Assembly (NCBI GenBank): GCA_002104905.1
Contig: MCFE01000085.1
Location: 114,076-178,075 of the forward strand
DNA length: 64,000 nt
From: Basidiobolus meristosporus CBS 931.73
Lineage: Eukaryota; Fungi; Basidiobolomycota
Direction of reading: 5' to 3'
The notes beneath the pieces were generated by a model. That model was given only the letters and a program-made list of their open reading frames with translations. It did not search any database and was not told the DNA's origin. The position numbers and the translations under genes were made by a program. Below, one piece after another: positions 38,916-51,610 of this stretch (its first letter is position 1; every line of letters starts with the position of its first letter).

Positions 38916-40012
38916 TTAGTGCTCAACAAGGTGGAATTTGCCATGTCTGTCGATCACTGGGAAGCTGACCTTGACTAGATCCTCCCCAGATTTGACACCC
39001 ATTCCGGCAGTGACTATTTCGCCAGCCTTAATGGGCCCCACACCACTGGGAGTACCGGTAAGGATGATATCTCCTGGCTCCAATTTCATAATGGTGGAGA
39101 CGTGTTCAATCAATTTTGGAATGCTGGGGGCAATTCAATAGGTGAGAATGCGACATGCGCAGGTGCGTACTGCCATAAATACCTGAAGATCATGTCCTTC
39201 GTGTTGCCATTCTGTCTTTCCTCGTTGTTGACCTATGTTACGACAACCTTAGCTCAAGCCTGAGATTCGCCTTTGTTCTCGTATCCATTACCTTTAGCCA
39301 CAAGTTCACGTTCCCGGCATCTGGGATCTTGTTCTTGGCAATGAAATCACTTATAACACGTTAATTTTAGATGGTTGACTATGCACCGGTGATTTGCACT
39401 TACCTGATAGGTGTGAAGGTGTCAAATCCCTTGGCGGTACTCCAGGGAAGTCCCTTTTTCTTGGCATGTTCCTGAGACATTGGCGTTAGTGGGAGATGAA
39501 ACTAGGGGCATAAAAGCCAACTACACCTGAAGGTTGCGGGCGGTCAAATCAATGCCCAATGCATATCCTAGAGAATTAAGGTTAACACCATGTATCACAA
39601 TGCTAGCTGGCTGCCAAACTCTATACTCTACCGGCGATATAATGGTCAGCGTGGTGAGCATCGATATCGCGGCCTTCTTTGCCGATAACAACGGCCAATT
39701 CAACTAAAGTTCACAAGCATGAGTAACAAGGTCAGGATACGAAGTGCTCAGCAGACAGGAACAATACCTTCGTGGTGGACAACGCAGCCTTTGGGAATCT
39801 CAATAGATCCCGGCTGGACCAGATATGAAGAGGTAGGCTTAAGGAAGAAGAATGGATGAGAGGGAACCTGGTTTCCTAACTCCTTAGCGTGTTCGCTAAA
39901 CATTCCCAGTTAATTTCTTCAGGTAGGCAATAAAAATAATGGTTGCAAAGGCTTACCTGTAGTTTCTTCCGATAGCAATGATCTTTTTACCTATGCTTGC
40001 AAATTGGCGCAT
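38916..40012 (-). CDS. FMP41: Fumarylacetoacetate-hydrolase family protein (FAHD1/Fmp41; oxaloacetate decarboxylase/acylpyruvase-like)
   Basis: [65 protein letters not shown]. Confidence 0.88.
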
Positions 40013-40664
40013 TTTCAAAGTGGTTTCTGTACAAGTATGAAGCCACCCTTTAAGCTTTATCTTTGATGTGGGAAATTCCTTAGCATGGGGATTGTCAGTA
40101 ATGACGTTTTGGAGGATCAATGGGGTTCTACCACTGTGGATGACTGGGTTTTGCTCCAAGTAGGGGAATTTTCGCTTGATGGGTATGGCTCAGCCAATCG
40201 CCTGGACAGCATCGCGCTATATGGCTAGATTAGTGGGAATTTCGAAATCCACGAGTCCAGGCAATTAGCAATAGGAAGTAATGATCCAATCCACTCAATC
40301 CGTTCAATCCATAATCGTTTCCAACCTTACAGCACCATCACATGAGGATTTCAGAGAATCCGGACAGCTTTGTGGATTGCTTAGCATCTGGATTCTATTT
40401 ATATTCTTGATTATCAATAATGGTTGTTATTTCGGAGCGAAGCACTGCGCTATGACTCGTATTTGAGCAATGTTGCTCAACTGATTTTGCAAGGTACAGA
40501 AAAACGAGATTGATGATTAATTCGGATTGATATCCGTTTATGTGTAAGTAGTGGGTTATAAATATGGGGCACCTTTGGTAAATTTTTTATCGCTGTACTG
40601 TACTGTATATCAGTTTTCTGTACTCTACAACGGATACACATTGTAGATTAATAGTTGTTTCGAA

Positions 40665-41749
40665 ATGACCAGTGTGCCTGTTACCGAGTCCAAAGCTGAG
40701 CATGGAGATGTCGCTACCATTTCTATTGGCTCTCGTAAATCCCAACTTGCTCTCATTCAAACATACTATGTGCGCGATAGATTGAAGGAGGTTTATCCCG
40801 AACGTGAGTTTCCCGTTGTCAAAATGTCAACCACCGGAGACAAGGTGCTGGACGTTGCCCTATCCAAGATCGGTGAAAAGTCCTTGTTTACCAAGGAGCT
40901 CGAGGTTGCTCTCGAAAATCATACGGTCGATTTAGTTGTACATAGCTTGAAGGATCTCCCCACCACTTTGCCTCCTGGTATGGTCATTGGTGCCATTTTG
41001 GAGCGTGAGGATCCGAGAGATGCAGTCGTCTTGGCTGAACGCTTCCAAGGCTTGACGCTAGAGGACCTCCCTGAAGCAAGTGTCATCGGTACCAGTAGCG
41101 TTAGACGGATCGCCCAATTGAAAGCTAAATACCCTCAATTCAATTTCCAAGATATCGTAAGAGTGCACATTCATGTAAGATGTGGCAGCTTTGATGTTTA
41201 CTGATATGTATATTATAGCGTGGAAACCTCAATACCCGACTCGCAAAATTAGACGATCCTAACGGCCCATATGCTGCCATCATCCTCGCAGTAGCTGGCT
41301 TGAAGCGCATGGGATGGGAGTCCCGCATTTCTCAAATCATGGTCGAATCAGATATGCTCCACGCAGTTGGTCAGGGCGCACTTGGCATTGAATGCCGTGA
41401 AGGGGATGAGAGAATATTGGATCTACTCTCCTTCCTTAACCACCGCGATACTAGATTGAGCTGCTTTGCTGAGCGTGGGTTTATGCGTAAGCTGGAGGGC
41501 GGCTGTAGCGTACCAATTGGCGTTACTACTGAATGGTTGGATGATGCGGGCACTCCTAACCGTCGCCTACGACTCCATGGTATTGTGTCAAGCCCCGATG
41601 GACAGGAAGTTATCCGGGACCAGATCATCGAGGAAATCGGTGACGACGAAACCAAAGCTACCGGCCTTGGCGAACACTTAGCAGAGCTTTTCATCTCCAA
41701 GGGAGCTGAAAGGATTCTAGAACCACTCAAGAACATTCGTAAATGGTAG
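40665..41749 (+). CDS. HEM3: Porphobilinogen deaminase; 2 exons (40665-41156, 41219-41749)
   Basis: [41 protein letters not shown]|[34 protein letters not shown]. Confidence 0.96.
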
Positions 41750-42825
41750 ACATTTCCCCTCCTTAATGCACCTACTTCAAACCCTTCTCCGCCGTCGTTT
41801 AATCACCACCCATTGACACCTAATCTCTTGTTTCAATGTATTTTTTGCTCTACATGAATATACTTTGTGTGTCTTCGAAGGCAACCAACCACTTTTTCCT
41901 CTAACGTGCATCTATTACTCATCACACCAAATGGAGTAAATACAACCCCGTATCCATAAATGGAAATATTGATCCGGACCTTTACACTGAGTGTTGCCTA
42001 CCTCAAGACTGATAATATAGCGTGTGTGCTGTATCCCGGAGCTCAGATACTTCAGTGAATTACACATCACTGAGCAGCAGAAGTGCCACTTGGACACACG
42101 TACACCCGAAATTGCCGCTTAAATAGTTGTTGATCAGGAGCGATAAACCAGTGCTCAGATTCCTGTGTTGACTATTCATCGTTCAGCAGTCAAGTCCCCG
42201 GAATTGTCCGGTATAATGAAGAGTGTTAAACATGTATAATCAAAATTGCATATATGGAAACCTGAACTCATTTCGGAATACTTTCAACTGGTATACTTTA
42301 GATAGGAACTCAAGGCCCAAGTGTTGGACCAGAAACAACAATGTATTCGAGTTCGGGAACTTGGAATCGGGATTTCGTGGCGAACGTCTCACCCAACGCC
42401 TCTTACGAAGCAGCATCAATATTCGGACTATTATTTTCCTGGTTGATCCAATGATTACCATTTTGGTACGTTCCTGGCTCGAAGTGGGGCTGAAGCGCAG
42501 CATTGACACCTAGTATTATTAAGCCGATGATTAATATGAATCATCGTCGTGGTAGAAGCTATACGACTATCTGTCATATCGGGCCGGATATACATGGTAG
42601 TACCGTTGGAAGCACATTACGGGTTTGTTTATCCAGTATAAATCACCAAGTCGGACTTACGTAGCTTCCAAATCACTAGGATCCCTTCAACAGATTAGTA
42701 ATGATCCCCAAAATGCTACAGTTTCTAAGATTGGGTTAATCGAAATTGGTTTGCATTCTTTTGCCGGGGGTATACGAAATAAATAGTGAGCTAAGGGTTC
42801 TGTTTTCTGCATTCACTTCTTAGAC

Positions 42826-43788
42826 ATGTCTTCTATTCTCGATCAACTCAAGCAGCAAACCGTTGTCGTTGCTGACACTGGCGACTTCGAGACCATTGCT
42901 CAATACAAGCCAACTGATGCCACCACTAACCCTTCCCTCATCTTGGCCGCCGCTCAAAAGCCCCAATATGCTCATCTTATTGACAACGCTATTGAGTACG
43001 CCAAGGCCAAGGGTGGTGACGTCGACCAACAAACCGAAAACGCTCTTGATAAGTTATTGGTCAACTTCGGTTGTGAAATTTTGAAGCTTATTCCCGGACG
43101 TGTTTCTACCGAGGTTGATGCTCGTTTGTCCTTCAACAAGGAGGCTACCATCCAAAAGGCTCTCCAATTGATTGAGCTCTACAAGGCTGCCGGTATCTCC
43201 AAGGACCGTGTTCTTATCAAGATTGCTTCCACCTGGGAAGGTATCCAGGCCGCCAAGGAGTTGGAGGAGAAGCATGATATTCACTGCAACTTGACTCTCC
43301 TCTTCTCTTTCTGCCAAGCCGTCGCTTGCGCCGAGGCCAAGGTTACCCTGATCTCCCCCTTCGTCGGTCGTATTCTTGATTGGTACAAGAGCGCCACTGG
43401 CAAGACTTATGAATCCAACGAAGATCCTGGTGTCTTGTCTGTTCGCCGCATCTACAACTACTACAAGACTTACGGTTACAACACCATCGTCATGGGTGCT
43501 TCCTTCCGTAACACCGGTGAGATCAAGGAGCTCGCTGGCTGCGACTACTTGACCATCTCTCCTGCCCTTCTTGGTGAGTTGGCCGGTGAGCAAGCCGAGC
43601 TTGTTCGTGTCTTGAGCCCTGAATTGGCCAAGAAGGACCCCGAATCTAAGGTCACCTTTGATGAAACCTCTTTCAGATGGGCTTTGAACGAGGATGCCAT
43701 GGCCACTGAGAAGCTCAGCGAAGGTATCCGCAAATTCGCCCAAGATGGACTTAAGCTCGAATCTACCCTTCGCGGCAAGCTCGAATAA
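42826..43788 (+). CDS. TAL1: Transaldolase, intronless
   Basis: [61 protein letters not shown]. Confidence 0.97.
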   Translation: MSSILDQLKQQTVVVADTGDFETIAQYKPTDATTNPSLILAAAQKPQYAHLIDNAIEYAKAKGGDVDQQTENALDKLLVNFGCEILKLIPGRVSTEVDARLSFNKEATIQKALQLIELYKAAGISKDRVLIKIASTWEGIQAAKELEEKHDIHCNLTLLFSFCQAVACAEAKVTLISPFVGRILDWYKSATGKTYESNEDPGVLSVRRIYNYYKTYGYNTIVMGASFRNTGEIKELAGCDYLTISPALLGELAGEQAELVRVLSPELAKKDPESKVTFDETSFRWALNEDAMATEKLSEGIRKFAQDGLKLESTLRGKLE

Positions 43789-44119
43789 CTTCATAGATTT
43801 GTCAGTAACGGAAAATTAATGTAAACAAGTGTTCATTTTGTATTAAAGCATGAAAAATATATATCGCCAAATTGATTACGTCAAATGTGGAGTGATGCAT
43901 GGTTTAAGGGTTCTATACGGATGTTGGGTGTTTTGTGCACCGCAGTAATTCCAGAATATATCTCACGCGCCATGGAATCCCGTGTTTACATTTATTCACG
44001 ATCCCGGTTTTTTGGTTAACTCATAATATTGACCAGCTTCCAATTTACTGATGCTTGTTGACCAATATCAATCCAGTTAGTTGAAGGTGATACCTGCTCC
44101 TTTCCACGCTACCCTCAGC

Positions 44120-47100
44120 ATGTCTCGAACTTCGCAGGATAAGCCGAAAAAAAAGAAAGGAAAGGTGCGAAGCTGAAGAGCGATGTTAATTTTTGTTGTG
44201 CAAGAAGTGGGCGATTCACCATTATTGTTATTGGCATTTAGAACGTTGAAGACATCAAAGAGCACCATGACATCCAACGGTTTTTTGCCAGAAGCGATTC
44301 TTCGTTTTCCCCCAGTTCCAATAATTCCAGTAGCGCACACAAAGAAACGCAGCCAGAGAGCAATCCGAATCCGAAGCTCGACCACGAAGTCAAGTTTGAG
44401 GAGAATAGTCCCGGCTTCCACCAGAATCAAAGCAGTATAGGTTACTATTCAGGTCTCTCAATTTGGGTACTCGACCTGGACACTAATTGAGTTTCACATT
44501 GATGCAATAGACGCTAGCGAAGTCAACACTGCACAAAGAACGCCACCCTCCTCACCAAGGGTAAGGGGCTATCTCAAATCGCCGCGCTCAGACGTATTTT
44601 GGTCCACATCACCACCAGTAGCGAATCTTAAAAGAGTAGCTAAGCAGAACCAAAGTAAAGTATATGATCACACCGGAGATATAGAATATCAGCTCTAACC
44701 ATTTCTCCAACAGAAGCCAATGTTAATATAGAGGCGGAGGTTTCGGATCTGATTAAATTTCTGCAGTCAGGAGTGCCCAAGACAAAGCAGAAGAATACAG
44801 CCAAAGTAACCCTGCTTTAGAATATTCAAGTTGACACAGTATTGACCAGTGTGTGCAACCCCCTTTACCAATACTATAGGCCCACGAGAAACCGCTGGAG
44901 GAGTCTAATTCATTAAAAGAGTCGAGTGATATAAATTTGTTTGAGGATGAGCTATCCCAATCCCCTACGAGAGACAGAAAGAATCGGCGACATACGGCGA
45001 CCTTCCGGAGGTCCGTGACCTATGATATGAAACGCACCTCAGCTAGTGTAGATCGCGACGGGGTCAAACCCAAAAAGGAGTTTATGGATCTGTTGACCAA
45101 GTTGAAATCCGCCTTTGAGCAGTCGAAGAAAAGCCCGGGTTCTGACAAGTCAAGCGGTGAATCTTCCTCGATATCTCCTGGTTACATTCGACGAGCCGAG
45201 CTTTCCCCATTGCAGAATAGCCCAACACTGCTCAAGTCCAATTCATTCCCGCAAGCCATAAAGTTAGAAGAGGATTCCTCATCAACTAGTTTAGCAAAAG
45301 CCTTTAGTTTCACCGCGTTTGATAGTGCTCCTGTGCAGCCATCACACACAGCTATGAAGGTAGAAACCTCGTCGCCTAGCATGGATGACGAATTTGACGG
45401 GTTAGACTTTGATGAAGGAGAGTTGGAGCAAGTCTTGTGCAAGTACGATTCGTATAACTCCACTGAGAATTCATCGTCGAACTCATTCATCGACTCCGAG
45501 GAAAAAGCCAACACGAAGTCTACCCCGCAGTCGCAGTATCCTACACAAATACCTGGCCGTGTATTCACCCCGAAATACGAGCGATTTCTTGTGTTGGAGG
45601 TGAACTACTCCACTTACCAGGTCCAGAATTCTTATCAAACTGATCAGCAAGAGAAGGTAATATTCCTGAGTAGGCCTGCAGGTAGACCCTTTACTATCTA
45701 CTAATCCTATACCCCCCATGCAGATCCTACGCTTATTTAACGAAAACACCGGTATGGAACGCTATCTCCACTTGCGTGAAGACTGGTGGCATACAGGGGT
45801 CAATGTGGGGGATTACGTCCACATCATTGGAACTTTCGATGAGAACAATAGATGTTATCTCAACAACGCAGAGAACCTGCTTATCCTGCATCCAGATTGC
45901 CTGATATCCAGTACACATCTGTCAGACAGTTTTGTTTGTTTGCGAAAGTCAGTGTTGCAAGATAGGATTCGCGAGACTGGCGATACCAATGCGGCATTAG
46001 TCTACGGCCTGCTTCTACATACGCTGTTGCAGCGCGTCATGGCGGACAACGACTTCTCCACGCCAAAACTCCTAGCGGAAATCCAGAATCTGATCGTATT
46101 TTCGATTGAGGAGCTGTACTCGATTGGAGAAACGGAGGAAACTGCCATGGACCACCTAAAGGAGATGATTCCTTTGATCCAAGAGTGGTCATCGAAATTT
46201 GTTTGTGCTCGTCCAAAGGTAACATGAAATCTCCTAATGAAGGAATCGCGGTTTTTAACGGGGCTCTCAATTCCACCAGCCTGAAGGGATTATCGCTCAG
46301 CATCGGAGTAGCACTGGTGAGAAGCTGAATGTCTCCATCAGTAAAATCTTAGACATTGAAGAGCACGTCTGGTCACCGATGTACGGAATCAAAGGGAAAA
46401 TCGATGTTTCAGTGCAGATGAAAAAAATCGATTCAAGCCACAACACCAGCACCTTGGTGGCTCCCTTCGAGCTGAAGACCGGCCGAAGCTCCAAGGTGTT
46501 GGCGCATCGAGCTCAAACGGTTCTGTATACATTACTCATGTCGGATCGTTATGGTAAGTCTATTGTGTTGATCGAGAAAGCAACGCGACTAATATCCCGG
46601 TTAGACATCAACATCGCTTCTGGCCTTTTGTATTACATGAAAACCGGCGAAATGATCTCCGTCCCAGCGGTTAGGGACGAGGTGCGGGGTCTGATGATTG
46701 GGCGTAACCAGATGGCATCGTATCTTCTAAATCGAAGAAAACTACCACCCATGCTGGAGAACCTGCATACCTGTCAACGCTGTTACATGCTCGACTCCTG
46801 TTTGATCTACCACAAAGTAAGACGGCCTCTGCAAGCGCCGCTTTGATCTTACTAACGTTCTCCTCATTTAGACAGTCGAGAATGGCGATTCAAGTAGCAG
46901 TGGTCTAGGTGGTCTATTCGACTCCAAAGTCGGTCATATCACTGACAAGCACATTCAATTTTTTGACAAATGGGACAAGCTGATATCGCTTGAAGAGAAC
47001 GATATGCACAGGTTTCGCAAAGAAATTTGGTGTCTCTTGGGGGCCGAGAGAGAAAAGCTCGGAAGGTGAGGTCTTCAGATGATATGGACATCGCTTCGGT

Positions 47101-49600
47101 TGAACTAACGTGATGGCTATGGGATGTAGATGCTTTAGCAATATGGTGCTCGATAGAAAAAGCTACAAAGACGAAGGCCAAACCGGGGGCGTCACTAGAT
47201 ACAAGTACAGATTTTGGAGGGATGTCAGTGAAGAGGAGATTGAAGGAAATCCAGAGAAATCGTTGCTTAATTCACAAATCAACGTGGGCGACCCTGTGGT
47301 CATTTCCTCGGAGTTTGGCCATTATGCATTGGCAGTAGGGTTTGTCATCGAGCTTAGGCCCAAAAGTCTCAGCGTTTCTCTCGACCGCCAATTACACGGG
47401 ATTCCTGCGAGATTAGAGAATTTCGACGAAATCAAGAATCAAGATTTCAGAGGGATTACCGAGATTGAGAGCAAAACGCAGTACTCGGCCAAGCTCAAGA
47501 AATTCGAAACCACCAGTACAGCCAAACGGCCGCTAAGTGAAACATCAAGGTTGCTTGGTGAAGAGCAGATTACCTACAGAATCGATAAAGATGAGCTGAC
47601 TGCCGGTATGGGCCTTGTGCGAAACAACCTCGTGAAATTGATCTCCTTGGAAGGCGAAGAAAAGCGAAGACTGATTGTTGATCTTGAGCCACCGGTTTTC
47701 CACCCGGTCGATGCTCACATTCGGGAAACCTTTGGTCACGAGTTGAATCTTGATCAGAGAAAGGCTTTGGAGAAGGCTATATCTGGTAATGGCATGTCGC
47801 CTCGCTCAAACGCTCAGCAAACTAACCTCAATTTATGTCGGTCAATAGCTAGGGACTATGCCTTGATATTGGGAATGCCAGGAACTGGCAAAACCACCAC
47901 CATCTCATACATCGTCAAAGCACTCATCTCTATGCAAAAGACGGTCCTTTTAGTGTCTTACACTCATACCGCGGTAGACAACATATTGCTCAAGATTAAG
48001 CACGAAAAGATCGACATGTTACGCCTAGGCAACCGAGACAAGGTAAGTCTCGGCGAAGCGCGCTGTAAACGTAGCGAGAGTACTGACCAAAGCCGAATTC
48101 CTAGATCCACCCAGAGATTTTGGAATTCACACCTGACCTGTCGAAGCTAACTAGTGTAAAGGAATTGGAGGACTTTTATGCAAGCAAAAACGTGGTGGCT
48201 ACAACTTGCCTAGGAATCGGACAGTATGTGTATACGTTGTTAGTTTCCTCCTGGGATCCACATCAAAGTGTTCTAATGAATTTGTGTGAACTTAGCACTC
48301 TTTTTACCAAACGTCGATTCGACTACTGCATCGTAGATGAGGCTTCTCAGATCACTTTGCCGGTATGCATTGGACCGTTGAGATTTGCAAACACGTTTAT
48401 CTTGGTGGGAGATCATTACCAGCTGCCTCCTCTGGTCCGTAACGCTGAGGCGAAGCAGGATGGCCTGACCATATCTTTGTTTAAGCTTCTATCCGAAACA
48501 CACCCAGAATCGGTCGTTTCATTAGAGCATCAATATAGAATGAACAAGGAGATCATGACCCTTTCCAACGCACTAATATACAACTACAAGCTGCGATGCG
48601 GCACGCCTAATGTAGCAACGTGGACGCTTGAGGTGCCGAACGAAGAAAATTTAAAAGAGCTGCATGATAGTAACAGCCAGAGCTGGAATGGAGAGGGCTC
48701 GTGTTCCAAGCATTGCTGGCTAAGAAAACTGATAATTCCGGAGTAATTGGGCTGAATCCTGTGTTATTACATTCTGCTCATGGTTAACCAGTATTCTTGC
48801 TCTTGTAGGTCTAGAGTATTGTTCGTCGATACTGACGAAGTCCCGGCGCCTGATTCACGACCAGGGGAGCTCATTCAAAATGACATTGAAGCACGGTTGA
48901 TCCACCACGTAAGTCTCACTGGTACAGAGCATCTGGATCATCCCGATTAAATCTTGTTGAAGTTTGTTGAAGCATTGACCATATGTGGCGTACCGGAATC
49001 TGCTATTGGAATCATCTCGCCTTATCGATCCCAGTTGAAAATTATCTCACATCTGCTGCAATTGCACTCGAACGTCGAAATTCATACGATCGATAAGTAT
49101 CAAGGCAGAGATAAAGACTGCATCCTCATCTCGATGGTCCGCTCCAATCCATCCCAGAATGTAAGTGGCGCGATCCGTATTGTTGGTAAGGCTGAGTCGT
49201 GTACTGACATTGATGCATTAGGTGGGGGAGTTACTACGTGACTGGAGACGTATCAATGTCGCGTTTACCAGGGCTAGGAAGAAATTGATCATCTTTGGAT
49301 CCCTGTCTACTTTACGTGGAACGCACCTTTTCGATGAGTTTTTGAACCTAATGGAGACTCATAACTGGGTAAGAACGACATGATCCACGCAATGGCCAAG
49401 AAACCCGCACTAACCCGCATTTACCCCATTAGGTCTATCATCTGCCTAAAGATGCGCATAAACATCATTCTGTAAATACACCTCCTATAGATGAATCCTC
49501 ACAGCTCAACACACCTTCTAAGCGTCGAAGAATCGTCAGTGTTGCCAATGCTGTGCTTAAGAAGTCTCATGTCCTAAAGGATCTGATCAATGACATTTGA
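44120..49600 (+). CDS. DNA2: DNA replication nuclease/helicase Dna2
   Basis: VFWSTSP in the N-terminal region, [61 protein letters not shown], Fe-S cysteines, [49 protein letters not shown]. Start codon inferred ([15 protein letters not shown]). Confidence 0.93.
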
Positions 49601-49975
49601 TAGAGCACGTGCACCTTTTCTGCATAATCTTTTGTACTATATATTAAAATAAATCAGCCTAATACTAGCCATTATTGGTGGTGGTTATGGAGAATGCTTG
49701 TATCAACAGCATCGGAACTAGATTAATAATTATTCTCGGTACTTGATTTGGAATCTAGTACTCAAGAGCCAATGGGTTGGATGAATAATGGAGCTTGGGC
49801 TGGCTCGGCAGATATCTTTGGAAATTGCCGGTGATCCGATTGATTCCAGCTGTTCCGTAATTCCAGAACCCCAAACTACCAAGCGTCTTTTTTGCTGCGT
49901 TTTTTTTCTATTAATTGTTATTTCATCCGGCCATAATCTTGGATCAATACTTGACCTGTCCGCTCTACAATTGCC

Positions 49976-51481
49976 ATGGAGAGTTTGAGCGTTGCATTAG
50001 GTGTTCCGCTACCTACTTTGAAGCTTCTTGGGACTATTGTTCTTGCTTACCCGGTCGCGTTCCTTTATCGCTTCCTCTTTCTCCATCCTATTAACTCGCC
50101 CAAGGCTGAATCTCAGCGTAACCTGTATATAGTTCTCACCGGCCTGGGCTTATCTTTATTTTTCTCTGGCAGAGATATTATTCATTCATTCATAACCATC
50201 TCCGTCACCTGGGGTACCTGCTATGTGTTCAATAGACAAAGAGGAGTTGCCGTTATCCTTTGCTTTTTGTTCAACTTGGGCTATTTACTTGGCGGATATT
50301 ACTCAAACTCCCTGGAGGTGTATGACATTACCTGGACAATGCCACAATGTATCCTTTGCCTACGAATGATTGGCATGGCTTGGGATTTCTATGATGGCCG
50401 TCAAGTACATAAAGAACGTATAACCAGTGTTACCGAATCAAACAAGAGCCAGGCTGAATCTGAGGCCAAGCCCGCTGTCCAAGTCACTAGACCTCCCTCG
50501 AAGGCACCAGTCTCCTTCACAAACACCGCCCTGGTAACTCTGCCCTCCTTCCTCGAGGTCTTGGGATATTCTTATTTCTTTGGCGCTTTCCTTATCGGGC
50601 CCCAATTCTCGTTCACATTGTACAAACGCTTTATAAACCTTGAGCATCTACCAAAGAATGGCCACTTCATCCCACATGGCTCCTACACTCGTGCGCTTCG
50701 TTGTTTGGCCGTTGGCGCTTTCTACCTTGCCATTCAACAACTCATTGGTGCACACTACCCAGTTTCTTACATGACCACCGAGGAGTTTGGAGAGCTTTCG
50801 TTCCTTCGACGATTCATTTACATGTGGATTTCTGGAAAGTTCGTATTGAACAAATATCTCGGGGTGTGGACCTTGAACGAAGGATCAGGGGCTTTGTGTG
50901 GAATCTCTTTCAACGAGTACACTGCTACCGGAACCCCTCGTTGGGATGGACTCGCTAACGTTGATTTGTTCAAGTATGAGACGGCCACTTCCCTTTCGAA
51001 CATCATTGCCTCTTTCAACATGAACACCAACAATTGGAGCAAGCTGTATATCTTCAAGCGAATGAGATTCATGGGAAATAAGCACATTTCCACCTTCGCC
51101 ACCCTCTTCTTCCTTGCCATCTGGCACGGGGTTCATATTGGCTATTTTGTATGTTTTGCTACTGAATTCATCGATATGATGGCCGAGCAAGCTGGTTCAC
51201 GCATCATGGCCCCCTATGTCAATTGGATGTATACTACCGACGAGAAATCCGCCAAGGTTTGGGCATATCGTAAGGCTCACCAGCTGTTCACCTGGTTCCT
51301 GACCACCACCGCCCTGTACTACGCGATCATTCCCTTCGAGTTGTTGCAGCTCAAGGCATCCTTAGTTGCCTGGAAGCAGCTGTATTTCTTCGGAACCATT
51401 GCCGTTTTAGGGCTCATTGTGTTCGACATGGTTCGTGCTCAACTTACCCCCAAGAAACGCAGGGCTCAGAAAATGGAATAA
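49976..51481 (+). CDS. ALE1: MBOAT lysophospholipid acyltransferase (Ale1/LPCAT3 type), intronless
   Basis: WTMPQCILCLRMIG.AWD..DG, PSFLEVLGYSYFFGAFLIGPQF, SFNMNTNNW..YIFKR, FLAIWHG (catalytic His), C-terminal KK/RR tail. Confidence 0.9.
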   Translation: MESLSVALGVPLPTLKLLGTIVLAYPVAFLYRFLFLHPINSPKAESQRNLYIVLTGLGLSLFFSGRDIIHSFITISVTWGTCYVFNRQRGVAVILCFLFNLGYLLGGYYSNSLEVYDITWTMPQCILCLRMIGMAWDFYDGRQVHKERITSVTESNKSQAESEAKPAVQVTRPPSKAPVSFTNTALVTLPSFLEVLGYSYFFGAFLIGPQFSFTLYKRFINLEHLPKNGHFIPHGSYTRALRCLAVGAFYLAIQQLIGAHYPVSYMTTEEFGELSFLRRFIYMWISGKFVLNKYLGVWTLNEGSGALCGISFNEYTATGTPRWDGLANVDLFKYETATSLSNIIASFNMNTNNWSKLYIFKRMRFMGNKHISTFATLFFLAIWHGVHIGYFVCFATEFIDMMAEQAGSRIMAPYVNWMYTTDEKSAKVWAYRKAHQLFTWFLTTTALYYAIIPFELLQLKASLVAWKQLYFFGTIAVLGLIVFDMVRAQLTPKKRRAQKME

Positions 51482-51610
51482 ACCAGACAACCATTGAATT
51501 ATTAATATGGATTTATCTAATTTTAAGAACGAGTTTCAGTTATTGGGATCTATATAGATTACATAAGGATGGGCGATGTGTGGATGAAACGTCAAGTATT
51601 GGGAGCAGAA

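Noticed and set aside
42200-42520. Possible small or relic gene between HEM3 and TAL1 (GTQGPSVGPETTMYSSSGTWNRDFVANVSPNASYEAASIFGLLFSWLIQ)
   Set aside because: It is short, bounded by stops, has no workable splice path and no recognisable family. Left unresolved.
42826-43788. Horizontal transfer or retrocopy origin of the intronless TAL1 (and ALE1)
   Set aside because: The sequence has fungal-type features ([26 protein letters not shown]) and host-like high-expression codon usage. Lack of introns alone is not evidence.
43054-43794. 246-aa antisense ORF over TAL1 (similarly 36325-37008 over RPS2, 51569-52375 over TSR1, 54521-55045 over the deaminase, and several over OXP1)
   Set aside because: These mirror frames of strongly codon-biased genes lack stops by construction, and the translations carry no motifs.
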